Of a DNA stretch of 64,000 bases, positions 11,583-21,257 are shown piece by piece (the first letter of the stretch is position 1; every line of letters begins with the position of its first letter). The DNA comes from Alphaproteobacteria bacterium (GTDB lineage: Bacteria > Pseudomonadota > Alphaproteobacteria > UBA828): NCBI GenBank assembly GCA_965214705.1, contig OZ243972.1, positions 1,248,001-1,312,000 of the forward strand, given 5' to 3'. Both the position numbers and the translations under genes were made by a program. Under the pieces are notes generated by a model. It did no database searches. It was not told the DNA's origin and was given only the letters and a program-made list of their open reading frames with translations.

Positions 11583-13930
11583 CTCTCAACTACCCACTGT
11601 TGAGTCAGTTCCATGTTTGATCATGTCCAGGTCCTTCAAGGCACGGTAGGTGAGGGTGGCGTGTCGCAGGTAGACGTAGCCCTTCCAGAGCAGTTGGGTT
11701 CCCGGCAGGGGCTGCCGTTTTCGTGGATCGAAGCCGGCGAACCTGGCGACATCGATGACGAAGGTGCGGATGTCCGGGGGCTTGTCGGGCGGCGGACGGG
11801 CGCGAACCATGCCGTAGGCCATCAGCCTGATGTAGAGGATGGCGATTTCGTCGTCCGAGACGACGTGGTTGGCCGGGGTGTCCGGCTTGTCGCGCGCGAT
11901 GCGTTCGAGATCGAAGACGTGGCAGGCGGTGATGGCATCGAAGGCGACACACTTTCGCAGGTCGTCGGCGTGGTCGAGCTTTCGGTCCTCGACGCGGGTG
12001 CCGGTCTTCAGAACCTTGAAGTACTCCTCGATGGTCCATCGGCGCTCGTACCAGGTGACGACGGTCTGGGCGGTCTCGGCGTCGGCGCTGCCCTCGGTGC
12101 TCAGCAGCAGCCAGTTGAGCGGGTCCTTGCCGGCGGGCGGGTCGGGTTCGGTCGCGGACACGACGAGCATGTCGACCGGCTCCCGGCTCTCGGCGTCGCG
12201 CGGTGGCGCCAGACTGACCCTGGCGGCGCGCAGCTCCAGCGTTGCCGTGCGCCTGGACCGCGCCCGCTTGCCGCCGCAGGCGCCGATCTCCACGGTCTTG
12301 CCGGCAAGGCGCGGGAGAGCGGCGACATGCTCCCACACGCTCTCCTCCTCGCCGCTCTCAAGGATCACCCGCCGCTGTGCCGACCGGCGCGCGCGCACCA
12401 GCAGCGCCGCGCCTTGCGATGCGGCCCTGGTGAGCAACGCCCAGATGTCGCCCTCCCGGTCGCAGACCGTGACCACCCGCGTCGCAGGGCAGGCGCGGGC
12501 CAACTCCTGCGCCCGCTCGTGCCCGCGCAGCCAGCGTTCACTCTCGATTTCCCTGTCGTCGCCGTCGCGGAAGCTCGCATCAAGGGCGAACACGCCGAGC
12601 GGCCGCCCGGCCGCGTTGAGCGCCAGACCCACATGCGCCACCAGTCCGCACGTGCCCTTGCCGCCGCCGCCCACCCCGACGAGGCCTTCGGTCGCTTTGA
12701 GCCCGTCGTAGTTCAGCGTGGTGGTGTCCTGGATCGCGAGAACGATGTCCTCAAGCTGGCAGCGCTCCACCATCGTTGCCCGGTGCGGCTCCAGGATGTG
12801 CTCCATGCTCACCTTCCCGCTCGACAGCAGCCGGTAGGCCGCCTTGCGCTCCGGCCGGGCCGGAAAGATCGCCGGGATCGCGGCCCCCGGGCGCTCCAGC
12901 CACGCCCGTCCCATGCGCTCGATCCGATCGCGGACCCGGCCGTCAGGATGCGTGCTGCGCGCATATTCCCGCCCCGCCCAGTCCGTGTCCTCGTCCATGT
13001 GCAACGCCGGCGCCGCACGGATGTCCCGGGCCGGCTCGGCGCACAAGATGGCCTGCCAATCCGCCGCCAGCGGCTTCATCCACACCGTCCGCGCCGCCCC
13101 GGCGGCGGACCCCGGCGGCTGGCCCGAGGTGTGCTGGGAACAGCACCGCCAGCCCGCCGCCCGGTAGCAGGTGCCGGCATGCTCGGGGCCGACATAGCTG
13201 TAGGCCAGGACCGGCCGCGCCCTGTAGGCCGTCTCCCAGTCCGCCGCCACGCGCCCGGCCGCCAGCTCCAGCACCCGCGAGGCCAGACCGTGGACGCGCA
13301 CGCCGGGCAGAAGCAGGAAGCGATGGTTGTTGATCAGGAGCGGCAGGTTCAAAGCCCGCGCGTCCGCCGACCAGCCGATAAAGTCGTCGCGCGCCTTCTG
13401 GTGCCAGCTCGCGGCGCAAAACCCGATGCCGCCGAGGCGGCCGTGAAGCGAGGAACGCACCCAGTAGCGCAGCTGCCCGCCCGGAGCCCGCGCCCAGCCT
13501 TGCGGGTGGTGCGTCGCAATCATCGCTTGCCACAGTTGCCGCTCGGCATCGCCGTCGACCGGCTCCAGTGTCACCGAGCCCAGATCCGCAAGCCGGCAGC
13601 GAAGCGAAAGGTCGGGGTAGGCTTCGATGGGCGCACTCTCGCGACGCCCCCGGCCGAACGCCGCCCGCGCCGCCGGCAGCGCGAGCCCGAGCTTGTCCGC
13701 CAGAACCGGCAGAGCCTTGCGCGCGGACGCAAGACAGTGCTCGCCCCGATCGCCGGTCCAGTCCTCAAGCGCGCAGAGATCGCGGGCAAGAGAACTGCGA
13801 GTGCGGCCCTCCTCCAGGACCGCCTTGCTCAACCACTCGATCGTGTCGGCGTGAAACTGGTGAAGGCCAACTTGCATGGCACGACATGTAGCCCACACCA
13901 CTCATTGAGTCAACTGTGGACCGGTGTGAG
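11583..13930 (-). mobile_element. IS4-family (IS50/Tn5-like) insertion sequence (2348 bp) with DUF4338 domain
   Basis: 9-bp target duplication GTTCGGCAC at 11574-11582 and 13931-13939. Imperfect 25-bp terminal IRs CTCTCAACTACCCACTGTTGAGTCA vs CTCACACCGGTCCACAGTTGACTCA (18/25). Confidence 0.88.
11586..13901 (-). CDS. DUF4338-IS4 (Tn5-like) transposase fusion
   Basis: N-terminal HHPQG, RDDFIGW, NNHRFLLLP and GTCYRAAGW, then AAYRLL, IQDTTTLNY, CDREGD, WLLLST, YERRWTIEEYFKVLKTG and PGTQLLWKG (IS50 YREK motif). Exact start codon uncertain. Confidence 0.88.
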   Translation of the reverse strand: MVWATCRAMQVGLHQFHADTIEWLSKAVLEEGRTRSSLARDLCALEDWTGDRGEHCLASARKALPVLADKLGLALPAARAAFGRGRRESAPIEAYPDLSLRCRLADLGSVTLEPVDGDAERQLWQAMIATHHPQGWARAPGGQLRYWVRSSLHGRLGGIGFCAASWHQKARDDFIGWSADARALNLPLLINNHRFLLLPGVRVHGLASRVLELAAGRVAADWETAYRARPVLAYSYVGPEHAGTCYRAAGWRCCSQHTSGQPPGSAAGAARTVWMKPLAADWQAILCAEPARDIRAAPALHMDEDTDWAGREYARSTHPDGRVRDRIERMGRAWLERPGAAIPAIFPARPERKAAYRLLSSGKVSMEHILEPHRATMVERCQLEDIVLAIQDTTTLNYDGLKATEGLVGVGGGGKGTCGLVAHVGLALNAAGRPLGVFALDASFRDGDDREIESERWLRGHERAQELARACPATRVVTVCDREGDIWALLTRAASQGAALLVRARRSAQRRVILESGEEESVWEHVAALPRLAGKTVEIGACGGKRARSRRTATLELRAARVSLAPPRDAESREPVDMLVVSATEPDPPAGKDPLNWLLLSTEGSADAETAQTVVTWYERRWTIEEYFKVLKTGTRVEDRKLDHADDLRKCVAFDAITACHVFDLERIARDKPDTPANHVVSDDEIAILYIRLMAYGMVRARPPPDKPPDIRTFVIDVARFAGFDPRKRQPLPGTQLLWKGYVYLRHATLTYRALKDLDMIKHGTDSTVGS

Positions 13931-15611
13931 GTTCGGCACCGGGATGGTGAGGACATATTCCTGCCCGTAGTAGCGGAAGTCGATGGCCCGCTCGAAGGCG
14001 ATGGCGTCCTCGGCGATGCCCTCGGCCAGCAGGTGCTGGCGGCCGTTCTCCTCGAGCCCCGCGAACGCGGCTTCGAGGACCGCGAGGTCCATGAGGTCCC
14101 AGAAGGAGTAGAGCGTTTCCTTGTAGTCGCGCCGTACGTCCGTTTGCAGCATGCCCCAGGCGGAGAACGCGCCGGGGTGCACCGGCACGATCACCTCGCG
14201 GATTTGCAACTCCTCGGCGAGCGCGCCCGCCTGTGCCGGCCCGGCTCCGCCGAAGGCCACGAGGGAGAAGTCCCGCGGATCGATGCCGCGCTGCACCGTG
14301 ATCGTCCTGATCGCATCCGCCATCTTGGCGTTCACGACATCCACGACCCCTTGCGCCATGGCCTCGGTCGTGAGCCCGAACGTCTCGCCGACCGTCGTGA
14401 GCGCCGCGCCCGCCGCGTCGCGATCCAGCGCCATTGCACCGCCGGAGAAGTTGGCGCCGTCAAGCCGGCCGAGCACGAGGTTGGCGTCGGAGACCGTGGG
14501 CTCGGTCCCGCCCAGCCCGTAGCAGGCCGGCCCCGGCATCGAGCCGGCGGATTGGGGGCCGACACGCATGGCGCCCGCCTCCTCCCACGCGATGGAGCCG
14601 CCGCCGGCGCCGATGACGTGGATATCCACCACCGACATCTGGACCGGCAGCCCCTCCAGCTTGGCATGGTTGGAGCCGGACGGCAGCCCGTCGATGATCA
14701 GGCTGGCGTCGAAGGAGGTCCCGCCCATGTCGATGCAGATGAGATTGGGCCGGCCGGTCGCGGCGGAGAGCGCCCTGCCGCCGATGGCGCCGCCGACCGG
14801 GCCGGAGAGCAGCGTCTGCAGCGGGGTCTCGCTGGCGGATTCCGCGGTCATCACGCCGCCGTTTGACTGCATGACGTGCAGGCCCCGGCCTTCCGGCAGG
14901 CGATCGCCGAGGCCGCCGATCAGTGTCTCCAGGTATCCCCGCACCACCGGCGCGAGGTAGCTGTCCATCACCGCGGTCGAGGTCCGCTCGAACTCCCGCC
15001 ACTCGGGCGAGACCCGGTGCGAGAGCCCGATGGGGATGTCGGGCAGGCGGGCGCGCAGGTACTCGGCCGCCTCCAGCTCGTGCGCGGGGTTCTTGAAGGA
15101 GAAGAGGAAGGCGATGGCGATCGCCTCGAAACCCTCCTCCCTCACCGCAGCGACGAGGCGGTCGAGATCGCTCGTCTCAAGAGGCGTCACGGCCTCGCCG
15201 GTGGCCGCCATCCGCTCCCGCGCCGTGAACGTGTACTCCAGCGGCGTGAGCGGCTCGGGCTTGTTCCAGCGGATCGAGAAGATCTCGCCGCGGTCGTTGC
15301 CCTGGATCGTGTAGATGTCGCGGAAATTCTCGGTGGTGAGCAGCGCCACCTTGGCGCCCCGCCGGGTGAGCAGCGCGTTCAGCCCCACCGTCGTGCCGTG
15401 GACGAAGAAGTCGATTGCGGCTTCGGTCGGGATCGCCGCCTCGATACCCCGGAGCACCGCAAGCGCCGGGTCGTCCGGCGTCGAGAGAACTTTGGCAGCA
15501 CCGCAGGCGCCGGTCTCGCAATCCTGATAGACGATATCCGTGAACGTGCCGCCGATATCGGCGGACACCCGGTAGTGTCGGGTCAAATCACCACCTCCCG
15601 GCGCAAAGGCG

Positions 15612-15637
15612 CCGCCGGGGCCCGAAGGCCCCGGCGG
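15612..15637 (-). terminator. Intergenic GC-rich stem-loop after the SBP gene (mRNA stabiliser or attenuator)
   Basis: On the minus strand CCGCCGGGGCC-TTCG-GGCCCCGGCGG: a perfect 11-bp stem with a cUUCGg loop and no U-tract. Confidence 0.55.
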
Positions 15638-15647
15638 GTAACGTTGG

Positions 15648-16646
15648 TTACTGCTCCCACTCGCCCCTGAAGTCGGGGTTGGCGTCGAGAATGGCCTTGT
15701 CGATCATGGCCTGGAGCGGACCCGAGACGTCCATGTTGATGGCGTTGTCCACGGGCTTGCCCTCGATGGCGTTGGCGATCTGCTCCATGGCGAGCGCGCC
15801 CATGGTCTTGGGGAAGTAGGCGAGGGTTGCATCCCAGCGCCCTTCACGGATCGCCTCGATCGAGATCGCCGCGGCGCCGCCGCCGATGAGGTAGAGGTCG
15901 GCCACGTTGTAGCCCTCGGCCTCCAGCGCGATCTCAGCACCCACCAGGTGCTGGTCGGCGTTCGACAGCACCACGTGCACGTCCCGCGCCGCCTGCAGCA
16001 TGTCCTGCATCGCCTTCAGCGAGGTATCCGGCGAATACCAGCCCTCGCCGACCCCCACCACCTTGATGTTGGGGTACTGGGCCAGAACCTTCTCGAAGGT
16101 CTCAAGCCGCAGATTGTCGAAAGGGAAGGTCTTGAAGCCGATGATGATGATGACGTTGCAGGGGTCCTTGTCAGCGCAATACGCCGCGGCGGCCTCGGCC
16201 TGCCAGGTGGCGCCGTCGACGGGCGGCGATGCGACGGTCGACGTGATGCCGGGCACCTGCGGCTCCAGAGTGGTGAGGTCCGGCCCGATGGGGAAGAGCA
16301 CGGTCGCGATCGGCACACCGGCCTCGATCACCTGCTCGAACGCGCCGGAGATGCCGACGGGGTCGTTGGGCGCCACGATCATGCCCTCGAAGCGGCCGCT
16401 GGCGAGCACGTCCTCGATCTGGCTGTACTGGTGGATGGCGTCGAACTTGCCGTCATAGATCTCGGCCTCGTAACCGAGCTTGATGGCCATTTCCTCGACA
16501 CCTTCGTACGTCGCCTGGTTGAAGCCGTTCTGCGAAGAGGCGGCGAAGAAGGCGACCTTCTTCGATTGCGCCATTGCCGGCGCGGCCAGCGCAACGGCGG
16601 AGGCGAGGGCGACGGCCCCAAGCAGCAGCGTGATGGATCGCGTCAT
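15648..16646 (-). CDS. Sugar-type ABC transporter substrate-binding protein (Peripla_BP_4)
   Basis: Signal peptide MTRSITLLLGAVALASAVALAAPAMA; RBS GAAGGGAG upstream; RbsB-like motifs. Confidence 0.88.
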   Translation of the reverse strand: MTRSITLLLGAVALASAVALAAPAMAQSKKVAFFAASSQNGFNQATYEGVEEMAIKLGYEAEIYDGKFDAIHQYSQIEDVLASGRFEGMIVAPNDPVGISGAFEQVIEAGVPIATVLFPIGPDLTTLEPQVPGITSTVASPPVDGATWQAEAAAAYCADKDPCNVIIIIGFKTFPFDNLRLETFEKVLAQYPNIKVVGVGEGWYSPDTSLKAMQDMLQAARDVHVVLSNADQHLVGAEIALEAEGYNVADLYLIGGGAAAISIEAIREGRWDATLAYFPKTMGALAMEQIANAIEGKPVDNAINMDVSGPLQAMIDKAILDANPDFRGEWEQ

Positions 16647-16706
16647 GTCGATGTCTCCCTTCTGCGTCTTGACCCACACGTAGTTTATCACCTTGACTCA
16701 CCCGTA

Positions 16707-16732
16707 GCATATTATTATGCAAACATAATGCA
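16707..16732. promoter_or_regulatory. Putative GntR operator in the divergent promoter region
   Basis: AT-rich overlapping inverted repeats GCATA-TTAT-TATGC and ATTATG-CAAA-CATAAT between the SBP gene and gntR. Confidence 0.45.
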
Positions 16733-16773
16733 ATCGTTCAAGGCGAGAATTTTGGCAGTCTGAGCCACGGCGC

Positions 16774-17505
16774 ATGGCAGCGGAGATCAAGGTACGCCCC
16801 CGAAAGCGCGGGCGCCGCGGCGCTCTGCAGGTGTACGACGTGCTGCGCGAGGAGATCCTCTGGGTGCGCATCGCGCCGGGCTCCGCTCTGGACGAGACCG
16901 CCCTTGCCGCCCGCTTCGAGGTCTCGCGCACACCCATCCGGGAGGCCCTGCTCCTGCTCGCGGGCGAACGGCTGGTCCAATTCCTGCCGAACCGGACCAG
17001 CATCGTGGCGCACTTCTCGCTCGACAACACCGGCGACTATCTGGATACCGCGCTGATCATCTCCCGGGCCATGGCGCGGGCGGCGGCGCTCTCCGGCCGG
17101 GCCGAGGCGGCGCCGTTGAACGATCACGTGCACCGCTTCGTCCAGGCTGTGGAGGACGATGACTGGGAGGCGTCGCTCAAGAGCGAGTTGGCGGCGCTTC
17201 GACATCTGGCAGGGCTTTCCCGCAATATCTTCCTGATCAAGTTCTTCGATGAGGTGATCGATGCCGGCATGCGCATGCGGGTTCTCCACTACTATCCCAA
17301 CGCGACTGCAGAGGAGCGCCGCGCCTCGGTCGGTCGCATGAAGGCGCTGGTCGGGGCGGTGCTCGCCGGGGACGCTGCCGCGGGCGACCGCGCGATCGAG
17401 CGCATGATTCTGGCGGACTTGGCGATCATCGTCCGCTCGCTAGAGCCCCGCTTCGGCGGGGAGATGCGGCTGGAGCGCTTCGGCCAGGGGCTCAGCGCGC
17501 TATGA
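16774..17505 (+). CDS. GntR-family (FCD) transcriptional regulator
   Basis: LDETALAARFEVSRTPIREAL wHTH. Confidence 0.9.
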   Translation: MAAEIKVRPRKRGRRGALQVYDVLREEILWVRIAPGSALDETALAARFEVSRTPIREALLLLAGERLVQFLPNRTSIVAHFSLDNTGDYLDTALIISRAMARAAALSGRAEAAPLNDHVHRFVQAVEDDDWEASLKSELAALRHLAGLSRNIFLIKFFDEVIDAGMRMRVLHYYPNATAEERRASVGRMKALVGAVLAGDAAAGDRAIERMILADLAIIVRSLEPRFGGEMRLERFGQGLSAL

Positions 17506-18602
17506 CGGGCCATGACCTGCGCCGCGACCGCGCAGCCGCGCTGATTCGGGGTGCGGGCCTGGATGCCGCCGCCTTCGTGCCGGGGCCGAGCTTTCAATAT
17601 CTCACTGGCCTCGACTTCCCGCTGATGGAGCGCCCGACGCTGCTCTTCGTTACCGGGAAGGCCCAGATGCTCGCCATCATGCCCGAGCTTGAGCGCCTCA
17701 AGTGGTCGACCACCTTCCCCGACGCCGAGACCTTCTACTGGCAGGACAGCGACGGCTTCGAGCACGCCTTCGAGGCCGCGCTGCGCGCGTTGGGGGCTGC
17801 GGCCCTCGGCGTCGAAGGCGGGCGGATGCGCATGTTCGAGTACGATGCGCTGCGCCGGCATATGGGGAACGGCGAGGTGCGGAATGCCGACGCGGCCCTG
17901 CAGCCGCTCCGCATCGCCAAGGACGAGGACGAGATCGCGAGCCTCTCCCGCGCCATCGAGATCAGTCAGCTGGCGCTGGGCGAGACCCTGGACGAGGTCC
18001 GGGCCGGCGATACCGAGCGGGCCATTGCGGCGTTGTTGAAAACCCGGATGCTGGCGCATGGCTCGGACGGGTTCGGCTTCGAGCCCATCGTGCTCGCGGG
18101 CGCCAAGGCGGCAAACCCGCACGGCACGCCGGACGATGCGCTGCTCAGGCCCGGCGACGCGCTGCTGATCGATTTCGGCGCGAAGATCGACGGGTTCAGC
18201 GCCGACATCACGCGGACCTTCTTCTGCGAGCATGTGGACGACCGCCACGCGGAGATATACGAGACCGTGCGCGCGGCGAATGCATTGGGGCGCCGCATGG
18301 CCGGGCCCGGAGTCACGGCGCACGAGCTGGATACGGCGGTGACCGACGTGCTCCGCGCCTCGCCCTTCGCCGACATGATCGTGCACAAGACCGGCCACGG
18401 CCTCGGGCTCGACGTGCACGAGGCGCCGCAGGTCATGGTCGGCAACCACCGGACGCTGGAACCCGGCTTCGTCATCACCATCGAGCCCGGCCTCTACGGC
18501 GCAGGCGATGTCGGCATCCGGATCGAGGACGACGTGACCATCACCGAGGACGGCGCTCTCTCGCTCACCTCGTTCCCGCGCGAGCTTCGCCTGATCGGTT
18601 AG
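17502..18602 (+). CDS. Xaa-Pro peptidase (M24B family)
   Basis: IDFG, SADITRT, HKTGHGLGLDVHE, TIEPG, IRIEDD. Confidence 0.92.
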   Translation: MTGHDLRRDRAAALIRGAGLDAAAFVPGPSFQYLTGLDFPLMERPTLLFVTGKAQMLAIMPELERLKWSTTFPDAETFYWQDSDGFEHAFEAALRALGAAALGVEGGRMRMFEYDALRRHMGNGEVRNADAALQPLRIAKDEDEIASLSRAIEISQLALGETLDEVRAGDTERAIAALLKTRMLAHGSDGFGFEPIVLAGAKAANPHGTPDDALLRPGDALLIDFGAKIDGFSADITRTFFCEHVDDRHAEIYETVRAANALGRRMAGPGVTAHELDTAVTDVLRASPFADMIVHKTGHGLGLDVHEAPQVMVGNHRTLEPGFVITIEPGLYGAGDVGIRIEDDVTITEDGALSLTSFPRELRLIG

Positions 18603-18855
18603 CTCGGCTCGACTGCCAGGGCCGGAGCGTCCCCGCGATTCCCCGGACCATGGTGCGATGCAAGGCGCGCGGCGAGCGCGTCAGGATCGCACCATGCCAT
18701 GCGAGAGCGCGCCGCCCGTAGTCACCGCCGTCATCCTCGCCTGTCCCCATGGCTTCCCACCCATCTCGCCTAATCCCGGCGTGTCCCGCATGAAAATTGT
18801 TTGTCGGACGTGGGACGCGGAATCGGATCGCAAAGGCGGTGAGAGATGCAGACGA

Positions 18856-19623
18856 TCAGTCGTCGCTCTGCCGGCGCTTGAGCCTTTCGGCGCCGGCGCG
18901 GAGGCGGGCCTGCGCCTCGTCGCCGGACCAAATCTCGACCTGGCGGGCGATCCGGGTAGGCATCTGCTCCCGCAGGTCGGCGCAGAACTTGCCGAGCCGC
19001 ATGCGCTTGGATTCCACGAAGGCCTCCGGCGCGAGGTCGCGCAGGAACAGCAGGCGCTCCCACGCCATTCTCTCGATGTCTTCCTTGGGTCCGACGTCAT
19101 GAACGAGGCCCAGCGTGCGGCCCTCCTCGACGCGGACCAGCTTTCCGGTGTAGATCAAGTCAGAGGCGACGAAATCTCCGGCGACGAAGCGCAGGAGCTG
19201 GTCGCCGTAATAGGGGTTGGGCACGCCGAGCAGGATTTCGGGCTTGCCGATCAGCACCCGCCCGGTGGCGGCGTAGCGGTAATCGCAGGCCAGGTAGATG
19301 GCCATGCCGCCGCCGATGGCGTGGCCCTTGATGGCGCCAACGATGGGCAGCGGCGATTCCAGCATGGCGAGGATCAGTCCCGCCAGCGTCTCGAACATCT
19401 CCTTGATTTCGGCGCGCGAGCAGGCGAGCGCCCAGTCGAGGTCGACGCCGTTGCAGAAGAATTTTTGGCCGCCGCAGAGCATGGCGCCGCGGGCCTCACG
19501 GTCGGCGTCTTCGACCGCGTGCGCGAGGTCCTGGATGACCGCCGTGGTCAGCGCGTTGGCGGTGCCGTTTTTGAGGCGGATACGGAGGCAGTCGTCCTGG
19601 CGTTCGCAGAGAATGCTGGCCAT
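18856..19623 (-). CDS. Enoyl-CoA hydratase/isomerase family protein
   Basis: Start MASILCER at 19623; FCNGVDL, GHAIGGG, PEILLG. Confidence 0.85.
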   Translation of the reverse strand: MASILCERQDDCLRIRLKNGTANALTTAVIQDLAHAVEDADREARGAMLCGGQKFFCNGVDLDWALACSRAEIKEMFETLAGLILAMLESPLPIVGAIKGHAIGGGMAIYLACDYRYAATGRVLIGKPEILLGVPNPYYGDQLLRFVAGDFVASDLIYTGKLVRVEEGRTLGLVHDVGPKEDIERMAWERLLFLRDLAPEAFVESKRMRLGKFCADLREQMPTRIARQVEIWSGDEAQARLRAGAERLKRRQSDD

Positions 19624-19646
19624 GACCCTCTCCCTCGGTGTTCCGC

Positions 19647-20060
19647 TCAATCCCGGCGCGGCCGGAAGCGCGGCAGCGTGAGCGTCTCCGTCACGCGGTC
19701 GAACGCCACCTCGACCGGGAGCCCGACCCGCAGCGAATCCGCCGGGCACTCGACGATGTTCGCGGTCAGCCGCACGCCCTCCGCAAGCTCGATTTGCGCC
19801 ACCGCGTAAGGGATATCGGCCTTGAACGCCGGGAACCAGTCCTGATGAACCACGGTCCAGGTGGAGACCGTGCCGTGACCCTGCACCTCCTCCCAGCCGA
19901 TCCGCTCGGAGAAGCAGGCGGGGCAGACCGGGCCGGGCGGCCAGTGCCACACGGCGCAATCGCCGCACCGGGGCAGGCGGAGCGCGCCCTCGTGCGCGCT
20001 CTCCCAGAAGCGCGCGTTGTCCGGGTTGATGCACGGCGTGGGCTTCTCGTAGGCGCTCAT
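19647..20060 (-). CDS. DUF35 Zn-ribbon/OB-fold protein (thiolase partner)
   Basis: CGDC...CPAC and GTVSTWTVV; adjacent to a thiolase. Confidence 0.88.
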   Translation of the reverse strand: MSAYEKPTPCINPDNARFWESAHEGALRLPRCGDCAVWHWPPGPVCPACFSERIGWEEVQGHGTVSTWTVVHQDWFPAFKADIPYAVAQIELAEGVRLTANIVECPADSLRVGLPVEVAFDRVTETLTLPRFRPRRD

Positions 20061-20078
20061 TGTCCGGCCCCGGCCGCG

Positions 20079-21257
20079 TCAGTTCCGCAGGATCACGGAA
20101 TCGCCCCAGGTCGTTGCCCATTGCAGGGCGCGGGCGTCGGCGATCTGGCGCGGCCCGGCCTCGCCCCGCAACTGGCGCACCATCTCGCAGAGCGAGTTCC
20201 AGCCGGCCACATGAGCCTCCGAGAGCAGGCCGCCGGAGGTGTTGACCGGCAGCGCGCCGCCGGGGCCGATGCGGCCCTCCTGCACGAAGGCCGCCGCCTC
20301 CCCCGGCGCGCAGAAGCCGAAGCGCTCCAGCACGAACAGCACCAGCGGCGAGAAGGCGTCGTAGGTGTAGAGGCCCTGGATCGCCTCACGCGGAATGTCG
20401 GCGGAGCGGTAGACCGCGAGATCGCGGGCGGCCGGGCTTGCCGGGCGGGCGCTGCTCTGCTGATTGATGCCGAGACCCGGCGGCGCGAAGATGAACTCGT
20501 TGCGGCCCGCCGCCATGCCTTGCATCCCGGTGATGAAGACCGGGCGTTGCCTAAGGTCGCGGGCATGCTCGGCCGCCGTTACCAGAACCACGGCCGCGCC
20601 GTCGCTCACGATGCAGCAATCGAAGAGCCGTAGCGGGTCCACCACCATGCGCGAGGCCTGGTGGTCGGCGACGCTCATGGGCTTTCGCATCACCGCCAGC
20701 GGGTTGAGTCGCGCGTGAGCGCGGAGCGCCACCGGCACCGCGGCAAGCTTGCCGCCGGTCGTGCCGTAGAGCGCCATGTAGCGCTGCATGGCGAGCGCGG
20801 CGCCGCCCGCCGGTGCGGTGAGGCCGTAGTGCGGCGTCTCCGCGTGGGTGCCGCCGGTCTCGCGGTAGCCCTCGAAGTCGTGCGGCCCGCCGAGGATATC
20901 GCGCTCGCGGGTGAAGCTCAGCACGTTCACGCAGGCGACGACGTTCGCCATGCCGGTTGCGACCGCCATCGCCGCGGTCTGAAGGCTGCCGGTGACGAAG
21001 CGGCCGTGGGTCCAGGCCTGGTTGACGAAGTCGATCTCGAGGCCGAAGGCCTGGGCGACCTGGTCGTAATCGACGCCGAGCGGCCAGCCGATGTGGATGG
21101 AGAGTCCGTCGATGTCGCCCCGCTCGAGCCCCGCGTCCGTGAGTGCCGCCTTGAAGGCCTGAGCGGCGAGCGCGAGCTGGCTCTCGGGCAGGTGGCGGCC
21201 GAACCTGCTGGTGCCGATGCCGACGATCGCCGCCCTGTCGCGCAGCGCTTCCGACAC
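20079..21257 (-). CDS. Thiolase-family protein (SCP-x / lipid-transfer-like)
   Basis: GTG start at 21257 (VSEALRDRAAIVGIG); DCCIVSDGA, YDAFS, NTSGGLLSEAH. Confidence 0.85.
   Translation of the reverse strand: MSEALRDRAAIVGIGTSRFGRHLPESQLALAAQAFKAALTDAGLERGDIDGLSIHIGWPLGVDYDQVAQAFGLEIDFVNQAWTHGRFVTGSLQTAAMAVATGMANVVACVNVLSFTRERDILGGPHDFEGYRETGGTHAETPHYGLTAPAGGAALAMQRYMALYGTTGGKLAAVPVALRAHARLNPLAVMRKPMSVADHQASRMVVDPLRLFDCCIVSDGAAVVLVTAAEHARDLRQRPVFITGMQGMAAGRNEFIFAPPGLGINQQSSARPASPAARDLAVYRSADIPREAIQGLYTYDAFSPLVLFVLERFGFCAPGEAAAFVQEGRIGPGGALPVNTSGGLLSEAHVAGWNSLCEMVRQLRGEAGPRQIADARALQWATTWGDSVILRN

Larger units (their letters stand above)
11202..15586 (-). pseudogene. Hydantoinase A / oxoprolinase family subunit, interrupted near its 3' end by an IS4-family element
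   Basis: DIGGTFTD, HGTT, DMGGTSFD, IGAGGGS, FGGAG. The N-part ends YVLTIPVPN and the C-part resumes GTIDMDAV...GPAIIEESTATTLVPP. Confidence 0.9.
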
